Below are positions 54,216 through 64,000 of a stretch of 64,000 nucleotides of DNA, one piece after another. The notes beneath the pieces are model-generated. The model saw only the letters and a program-made list of their open reading frames with translations, did not search any database and was not told where the DNA came from. Source of the stretch: Eledone cirrhosa (taxonomy: Eukaryota); assembly GCA_964016885.1 (NCBI GenBank), contig OZ024740.1, positions 320,416,001-320,480,000 on the forward strand. The letters are read 5' to 3'. A program made the translations under genes and the position numbers. Every line of letters begins with the position of its first letter. The stretch's first letter is position 1.

Positions 54216-54412
54216 TAGAAATAAAAGCTTTCACTATATTTTTTTACTATAGAATTTTAACCTAATAGTAGGGTTTAGAACCCTCTAAGTAATGGGAAAA
54301 GATGTGTATTGACGTACTCATCTTTTTCCATTTCTTAGAGGGTTCTAAACCCTACTATCAGGCTAAAATTACTTTAGTAAAAAAATATGGCGAAAGCTTC
54401 TATTTCTAATTT
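54212..54412. repeat. Diverged palindrome between (TA)n tracts
   Basis: Arms of about 95 bp with multiple mismatches around an apex at about 54311. Confidence 0.85.
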
Positions 54413-54451
54413 CAAACTCCCTCGCTGTTTCAAAAACATACTTATTTGTCA

Positions 54452-54494
<43 letters not shown>

Positions 54495-54495
<1 letters not shown>

Positions 54496-54823
54496 GTCTA
54501 TCCCCGGCATTCGCGGTCCCGGTTATTCGCGTAATTTTCATTAGAACCTAATTAATAACTGTTCGCGGAAACTACCGCATATTCGCAAAATTGTAACTAT
54601 CTTCTGCGATTTTTTATGGCTTTTTTATGCTAAATTATTAATAACAATATACCGTATTTTCCGGTCTATTGGACGACCCTTCGCATAAGACGCTACCTCT
54701 TTTTTCCATTAAATTATACGTTATATTTTGACGTTTATAAGCATTTTTATGGGCCACGTCCAATATTCGCAGTTTTTCACTCTTCGCAGGTGCTCTAGGA
54801 ACGCGAATACCAGGGGACAACTG
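54495..54823. mobile_element. Tigger/pogo-like MITE with a nested TcMar-like terminus at about 54650
   Basis: TIRs CAGTCTATCCCCGGCATTCGCG / CGCGAATACCAGGGGACAACTG, and internal TACCGTATTTTCCGG. Confidence 0.62.
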
Positions 54824-56590
54824 CATATACTATATACTATACGCCCAAGTTCATACTTATATAGCCAAATATAAGACAAATATTCACTCACCAGTGGAAT
54901 AAATAAGTAATGGTTGGTGCAGATGTTTTTGCTAAAGACACATCCCTCATTTAGAAATAAGGCGAGATGTATAAAAATGCATAATTTGAGAAATCATCAT
55001 CATCATCATCAGGTCTAGCTTGCTCGGCTTTAGCTTTCAATAGTTGGATATACACTTGCGGTCGCTACTCCATACAAGTGAAAGAAGTACTCTGTATTAG
55101 AGCGGTTGTGCCTCACCGAAACATCCAACAATAGTTGATATGATCGCCTTGTCACTAGTAGTATGAACCAAATTCACAGTTACTTGATCATTGCCTTATC
55201 TACTGATACGACATCCTGCTTACCAATGTCGTCGTTTAACCCAGTCAGGATTGGTTTGACAGATTGCCTATCAAGGCCAAAGAGCTCTGTCCACCCCGGC
55301 TTTGAAATCAGAGTGATCCCTCTCCTAGACAGATTGCCGACCAAGGCTACCAAATATATATATATATATATATATGAAAATTAGAGCTAAAACTCAATTG
55401 GAACCCTGTAACTATTAAGCTCCAAGTATAAAAATACTGAGCCGATTAATAATATATAGTAAGAAACACAGTAAACCGTGTGTCTAAAATTACAAGGGTT
55501 GAAAAACCACATTTGTTTGAAATATTTAACCAAGAAGCAGACAGAATGATAAAATAAAAATATATTATTATACAAACCGCCTCAATAACCATTAAATCTC
55601 TCGGACATTTATATGTATACACTATATACACATTTATATGTATACACTATATACACATGTACACAATTTTTGGATGGCCGTTGACTCTTATGAGTTCTTC
55701 CGACCTTTGTCAGGTTTTGGTTTTGTCCTGCAGGATGTCCAAAATCACCCTCCTCACCAAGTAAACTTGATGGGGTTGCCGGTTTAGTCGCCGACAACCC
55801 GACCATACGACAGGTTGTACTGGGTTACATGTTACCAGTAGCACTCGAGAGTGGCCTGGCATATGAGAAATGTATGATGTAAATATAGGCTGCGGTATTT
55901 GTAGTCGTATGTGTCTTTCCAAAGCTTGCTTAATTAATCCCCCAACAAATACATAAGGCCAGACAAAATGTAGACTACAGTAGATTCACGACAATAGATT
56001 ACATAATATGCAGTTTAATTGGAAGGGTCATCCGATCTATTACTGAATTAAAAGGTCGCAGCGCTATACATCAGCTTTGTTTGTAAGGTCTGACAAAAGA
56101 CATGGAGGAGTTTGGCGGACTTAAAAAGACACTGTCGAAAACATGTTTCTTTCCAATAGACATTGATCGATTTCCTCGGACATGAGTGGACCACTGGACA
56201 GTAGTATACGTATGTATACACGAGGATCAGTTGAAACGTTCAGATGCTGACTATGAAGGAGCGATGCTAGAGTTGTGAAATTTAGCATGTATTAATTTCA
56301 ACTCTTCTTATTACTAACTGCATCGTTTCTTTCCAAGGACTATGTTGAAAAATAAACCTCATTTGGTCATTCCATGAGAACATCTTAGTCGGCCTATAAA
56401 ATGTTCAACCTATGAACTTTTCAGCTCCCTCCGCGCGCGCGCGCGTATGTGTATATATATATGAAAAAATTCAGGACCCCGACGACTGATCTCCGGTCGT
56501 CTCAACAGCTAGATCCGATTACCCACTCTACTACCCCAAGTATTGAGTACTCTGGTGAGTAATGATTTAACTGGTTTTTACCACCTCGGT

Positions 56591-56710
<120 letters not shown>

Positions 56711-56727
56711 TTATTATATACATATGT

Positions 56728-56925
56728 ACACGAGGGTGGGCTGAAAAGTTCATATGTTGAGTATGAAGGAGTGATGCTAGAGCTGTGAAATCTGGCATGC
56801 ATTAATTTCAACTCTTCTTATTAATAACTGCATTGTGTCTAGGAACCATTTTGAAAAATAAACATCATTTGGTCAGTCTATGAGAGTATCATAGTCAGCT
56901 TATGAACTTTTCAACCGATTCTCGC
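56728..56925. mobile_element. mariner-like MITE (second copy 56218-56432)
   Basis: TIRs CGAGGGTGGGCTGAAAAGTTCATA / TATGAACTTTTCAACCGATTCTCG. The body is shared by both copies. Confidence 0.72.
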
Positions 56926-57329
56926 TTATATATAAATTCTGTTGAATGGTTAATTATTTATGTTTGTTTAATAACGTCTAGTCGAGAGCTTTTATTCGGA
57001 ATGTTGAGCGGAATTATTTTCCTTTGTTAACACTTTGAATTTACCCGCCAAAAACCGGGGGTTACTTCCCTTGTTGGAAATAACACGTGACAATGAAATG
57101 ACTGAAGGCTGTCTATTGTAGCGGTCGCATTGAGTTACAGTTCACACCGGTTTCAGGCCTAGAACGAAATACCTGTCGATGAAATGAATCTTCTGTTCGA
57201 TCATGGAATACCTCAAGCTTACGTGTTACGTAAGTTGGACTGATGATTTCAGATTCATAGAAACATATCGGACGTATTGCAGAATATCGTTCGATTTGTC
57301 CAGGTCTGTTGTCTAACCTGATTAGTTTT

Positions 57330-58395
57330 TTCGTTGTTTTGGGTATTGTTCATTATAGTCCTCCAAGCCATAACATAGGCGTTTAAGACTGGATGCCCAT
57401 GGGAACTTCTCTATGCTGATGATCTGGTTCTTATAGCAGAATCAGTAGAGGAGCTAGATAATAAATTCTGGCTATAGAAACAGCAGTTGGAATCAAGAGG
57501 CCTGAGAGTGAATATAGCTAAAACAAAAGTGTTGATAAGTAGAAGAGAAGACAATACTCTGATTCCATTAGAGAAATGGCCATGTTCGATATGTAGGAAA
57601 GAACTGGCATAAATTTCATAAAATGTACGCAATGCAGATCTTGGGTACACAAGAGATGTAGTGGGATAGCAGGCAAACTAACAGGTAGGGAAAACTACGT
57701 ATGCAGTAGATGTACAGGGAAAGTTGGCAGTAGTAATCGCTGTGATAGACTCATTTTTCCAATGCAGGTGGTTTCTATAGAAGTGGTTGATAGCTTTCGG
57801 TACCTAGGTGCTCAGATTAGCATGGGAGGTGGGTGTTCCAAGGTCATAGTATCTAGAATAAGGACGGGTTGGAAGAAGTTTAGGGAGCTTCTTCCTCTGT
57901 TGACAAAGAAGGGTTTCTCCCTGCGTACGAAAGGACAGTTATATGATGCCTGTGTGAGATGCGCGATGCTGCATGGTAGTGAGACATGGGCAGCAACTGC
58001 AGAAGATATACGACGGCTGGAGAGAGATGAAGCAAGTATGCTCCGTTGGATATGCAATGTCAATGTGCGTGAACGACCAAGCATAGACGAGTTGAGAAAG
58101 AAACTGTATATAAGAGGGATAAGTTGTAGTGTGCAGGAGAGAAGACTGAGATGGTATGGACATGTGATGCGCATGGAGGATGACCGCTGGGTGAAGAAGT
58201 GCCAAGAAGTCCCAGTGGAGGGAAGACGCAGTAGGGATAGGCCACGAAAAACATGGGCGGAGGTGGTGAGAGCTGACCTCAGATCGCTGAAACTCACCGA
58301 GGAGATGACGAAGGACCGTGACAAGTGGAGAGATGCTGTGCAAGCAGGGAAAAGCGGACGTAAAATGATGATGATGATGATGATGATGATAATGA
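57330..58395 (+). mobile_element. RTE-like LINE 3' portion, decayed
   Basis: PWELLYADDLVLIAES at about 57400, ORF 57762-58451 with VDSFRYLG..MLHGSETW..RRLRWYGHVMRM..PRKTW, and a (TGA)n tail. Confidence 0.9.
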
Positions 58396-58798
58396 TATAT
58401 ACATATATATACAGTATATATATGTACATATACATGAGTGTAAATATATAAGAGCTTAGCCATCGGGCAGTAACTTATTACAATATGTTTCTAATATAAT
58501 TGTTTCTTCTTTTGGCACAAGGCCAGCAATTATGCCAGTGTATTACTGGTACTTTATTTATCGACCTCGTAAGGATGAAAGGCAAAGTTAACCTCGGCGG
58601 AATTTGAACTCAAACCGTAAAGAGGATCTGTTTCATTCTATGTTTTATTTGTTGGGGTGGGATATTACAATATTTGTATCTGTTACATTATCTGTATGAG
58701 GGTGCTCTATTTGGGGTATTTTTGCGCCAAATTTACATTGAGCGGTTATGGTACAGCGAGTCGATGTTTTCTCTATCGATATAAATTCATTTGTATAC

Positions 58799-58885
<87 letters not shown>

Positions 58886-60699
58886 TGTGTGCGTGTGTGC
58901 AACCCGTAACTGATGGAGTCGTAGTGGTGTCAGTAGTAACACATGTAAATCTAACAGAGGCCATCCAACTCTACTGGTCTGAACACAGTAGATTTCTTCC
59001 AGAAAATTAGTGAGACAATGATAGAGAGGAAGATCGAACCCAGTATTTTGATTTATCGGCTTCCAAATAATGGTTTCTTATTTAGGCGCAAAGCCAGCAA
59101 TTTTGGGGGTAGGGGGAAGTTAATTAAATCGACTCCAGTGCGTGACTGGTACTTTATTTTAGCGATCCTGTAATGATGAGAGGCAAAGCTAACCTCGGCG
59201 GGATTTGAACTCAGAACGTAAAGGGCTGTAACTCTATGCTGCAAAGCATGGTGTCCGACTCTCTACCGATACTGCCAACCCAAATAATAATTGTTTCTAC
59301 TTTTTGGCACAAGGCCAGCAATTACTCAGTACATCACTGGTAGTTTATTTTATCGACCCCGTAAGGATGAAAGGCAAAGTTGACCTCGACGGGATTTGAA
59401 CTCAGACTGTAAAGGGACGTAACTATGCTGGAAAGCATGCCGTCCGACCCTCTACCGATACTGCCAATTCACCTCCCTAATAATAATGATCATGATAATG
59501 GTGATAAATATATCGATAAAATGTTACATAGGTAAAATATTATACTTCATAGCGTGGTAGATTATATACATTAATAAAGAGTTGAGGTAAATAGATTACG
59601 TAGGGTAGATAAATATAATTATATCTACGTAAGGCGTGTGGCTGAGTGGTTAGAGAATTGGATTCTCAATCGTGCGATTGTGAGTTCGATTCCCGGACCG
59701 GGTGATGCGTTATGTCCTTGAACAAGACACTTTATTTCCCGTTGCTCCTTCTACCTGGAGTTGCGACCGATAGATAGTATTAGCAATTGGAAAGACCAAT
59801 GGAAACCATTGTTTCCTCGGTCTGATTTGACGAAAGTCGATCGTTCCTTTTTACGTAAAAATTTCAGGTAAATAGTTGAAACTAAAATCAAATCGGTAGC
59901 TAGTATTGAGTCAAAGGCGTCGCGTAATAATAGATTACACGTGGAATATAATATAATTGTTTCACAAGGCCAGCAATTACCCCAGTGCGTTACTGGTACA
60001 TTATGTTATCGAACCCGTGGGGATGAAAGGCAAAGCCATGATGTCTGGCGCTCTGTTTGATACTGCCAATCCACCGCCATGTGGAATATAATATTATGAT
60101 ATACCATAAAATAAAATATGAAAAATATAAAAGTATTTTATTTATCTTTCAACAATATGGCTGTCTTTAAATAGCCCCAGAACTCTGCTGCTTTTTGGGA
60201 GAGCAAGATTTAAATTATATTTTGACATGCTCCGGGAGCTACAAACTTGAACAAAATTGGATGGAAACTGGAAATGCATCGTCTGCATACAGACAGACAT
60301 TTTCGTTTTTATATATATAGATAAATTAATTATAACGAAGATTATGAGGTAAATAAGTTAGGGGCGTGGTAATTAAATATTTAATTAATAGATAAAAAGG
60401 TAGTAAAAACAATTAATGATTGCAGTGATGATGATGGCGTGAGTTTTTTTAAGGGAGACCATAATAACATGTGAGTATATGGGCATTAATGAATTTAGAG
60501 ACAGGTTAAAATGTTGGAAGAATGGTTGATGTCGGTAGCTCTAGAGATGTATGGTTGTATGTATGTGTGTTCGCTACTGGAAACACGTGGTGTTATATAC
60601 GTTTGGAAGACAGTTATAGGTATGTAGAAAGGTTAGTGTCAAGATGTTGGTGCATTTCGTAGATCAGCTGACTGGACATTTTCAACGGATATTTTGATG

Positions 60700-60755
<56 letters not shown>

Positions 60756-60949
60756 TGTGTGGGTGTGGTGTGGGTGTGGGTGTGCGTGTGCGTGTGGGTG
60801 TGGGTGTGTGTGCGTGCGTGTGTATCTTGTTTTTCACCCACTTATTCCTGAGAGTGTCGTGGGGGCAGAGTCCTGAAAGATTCCCTCCAACGGGTCCTGT
60901 CAGAAATAACCGTCACCAACTGATCCATCTGTGTAGTATATTTGGCAAT

Positions 60950-61016
60950 ATACTCTTTTACTCTTTTACTCTTTTACCTGTTTCAGCCATCCGGCTGAGG
61001 CCATGCTGGGGCGCCG
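60950..61016 (-). mobile_element. SINE/LINE 3' tail fragment
   Basis: The minus strand reads GCCCCAGCATGGCCTCAG..GGCTGAAACAGGTAAAAGAG(TAAAAGAG)n. Confidence 0.6.
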
Positions 61017-61115
61017 TACTGTATGTTTAATGTATGTTTAATTAAAAACATTTTGAAGACCATTCGCTATGAGTTTTAATGTAGTGACTATATCACTTAC
61101 TTATTCTCGGCAAAA

Positions 61116-61309
<194 letters not shown>

Positions 61310-61460
61310 ATATATATATTTATTTATTTATATATATATATATATTTATTTATTAAAATAACAGATTAAAGTTTAAGAAAAGAATCGCTGCTTTCGCCCT
61401 TAACGGAATCTTATACACTGGGGTAATTGCTGGCCTTGTGCCAAAAGTAGAAACAATTAT

Positions 61461-61530
<70 letters not shown>

Positions 61531-62027
61531 CGCGCCTCGTGTCTAATTGAGCCATTCATTTGTCCAGAAGATACAAGAGAAGGATTGCTTTCAAACATCT
61601 GTGAATTTGGTAATACAATGATTCTTGGCTTACATTACAGTTTTATATAAATTGTCACTTTACTGAGAATTTGTTGAAAGAAAGACAATTTGTTTGGCTG
61701 ACTCAAATTCGGTGTCACTTGCTAAATTAAAATGGCGCGTGTTGTCGCCAGTTTTTAACGTACGCACGCACGTACGCACACACATACTCACAAACATACA
61801 CACACGCGCGCGCGCACGCACGCACACACATACACACATATATATACTCACAAATAGCCACCGGCTCACATACAACGCGACAAAACACACACGTTTGTAT
61901 GTATGTGTTGTTTTTGACCTAATGTAAGAATGTATGTGTGCGTGCCTGTGCGTGTGTGTGTGTAAATTAAATTGTTATAAAGACACATTTGATACACTGA
62001 CATACACACACTCACACACACACACTA

Positions 62028-62966
<939 letters not shown>

Positions 62967-63494
62967 ATCATTTTCTCAATTATAAATTTGAATGAATGAA
63001 AATCTAGTTTCTTAAGTGGCGATATAACAATTACGTATAATTCAGATCTCAAATTCGCTTAGAATAGTAAGTGACAATCACAGATATAACAAACAAATAG
63101 ATTTGAAATTGAAAATAAATCACGTAAGAGATTATTCAAGATATTGGTGGTATGTAGGGAAATTTCTCAAGTCTGTTGTTTTCTTTTCTTACTTACGTAT
63201 ATAAATAATACAACTAAACAAAAGTATGACAATACTTTCACACATTCATACAATATTTACACATGTATACAAACGTAAACTCGTCTACTATCTACACACG
63301 TATGCAGGTGCTATATCGAGCATTCATATAAATAATACATAATCTTGGTAACCAGAAAGTTCTTTATCTGTTTATGTAAATGTATGTTTGCATATGTGCA
63401 TATAAACATACATACACACACGCACACGCACACACACATACATACATACATACATACATACATACATACATACATACATACATACATACATACA

Positions 63495-63530
<36 letters not shown>

Positions 63531-64000
63531 CATATACATATATGTATATATGTCAGGTCACCAGCTGGTGCTACTGGTAACATGTATCCCAGTACAACCT
63601 GTCTCATGGTCGGGTCGTTGGCGACTAAACTGGCATCTCCACCAAGGTTTCTTGGTGAGGAGGGTGACTTTGGACATCCTGCAGGACTAAAAACAAAACC
63701 TGTCAAAGGGCAAAGGAGCTCTTAAGAGTCAATGGCCATCCAAAATCACCGGGAGAGATGACCCCTTAGCCTTTGTCAAGGCAGAATTCTAGGAGAAGGA
63801 AAACTCTGATATAACACCTGCAACCCTGATGGTATCCAATGATGTTGACTTGTTCTTCTTTTTGGTAAATATCATCTTAGTTAAGAGAGTGGGACTGGCT
63901 TTGTGCAGTGCCTTTGCTCACTATAAAAGCTTCACGGCACAGGCATTGCTTTATATCTGGAGATCTCTCTGCACTTGTCGTCACATGGTACCATGGGTCC

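Noticed and set aside
57234-57300. CTGATGA...GAAAC hammerhead candidate (similar lone cores at 5341, 10169, 31024, 34205)
   Set aside because: I could not form convincing stems I-III, so these are not counted as ribozymes.
59630-59705. tRNA gene
   Set aside because: A and B boxes are present, but the sequence continues into a SINE body shared with 26858-27049 and gives no clean cloverleaf.
60150-60322. Possible Helitron-like non-autonomous end (ACAGACAGAC..TTTTATATATATAGAT)
   Set aside because: Resemblance only, with a single copy and no diagnostic hairpin identified.

Overview
This is a eukaryotic, repeat-saturated window with no recognisable host exon. The tRNA-derived SINEs resemble those of octopod cephalopods (an inference from recall, not a database check). 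Most ORFs in the track are microsatellite artefacts. The real content is transposable elements: two head-to-tail L1-Tx1-like LINEs (38.6-49.7 kb), R4/Dong-, HERO-, CRE- and RTE-like fragments, a Charlie/Buster hAT relic, several MITEs and many SINEs. The main signal is not in the ORF track. Dozens of short non-coding islands sit inside (TA)n tracts, and about 20 of them carry minimal type I hammerhead ribozyme motifs (CUGANGA...GAAA...NUH). Many are fold-back palindromes, and many share a GAGTRCTY motif about 30-60 nt from one end. Decayed Penelope-like (PLE) GIY-YIG and RT fragments link these islands to PLEs. Two secondary signals stand out: the dominant SINE appears to share its 3' tail with the Tx1 LINE, and both Tx1 copies keep a perfect AG/GTAAGT at the ORF1 stop. 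All structures and translations were done by eye, and element boundaries are approximate.
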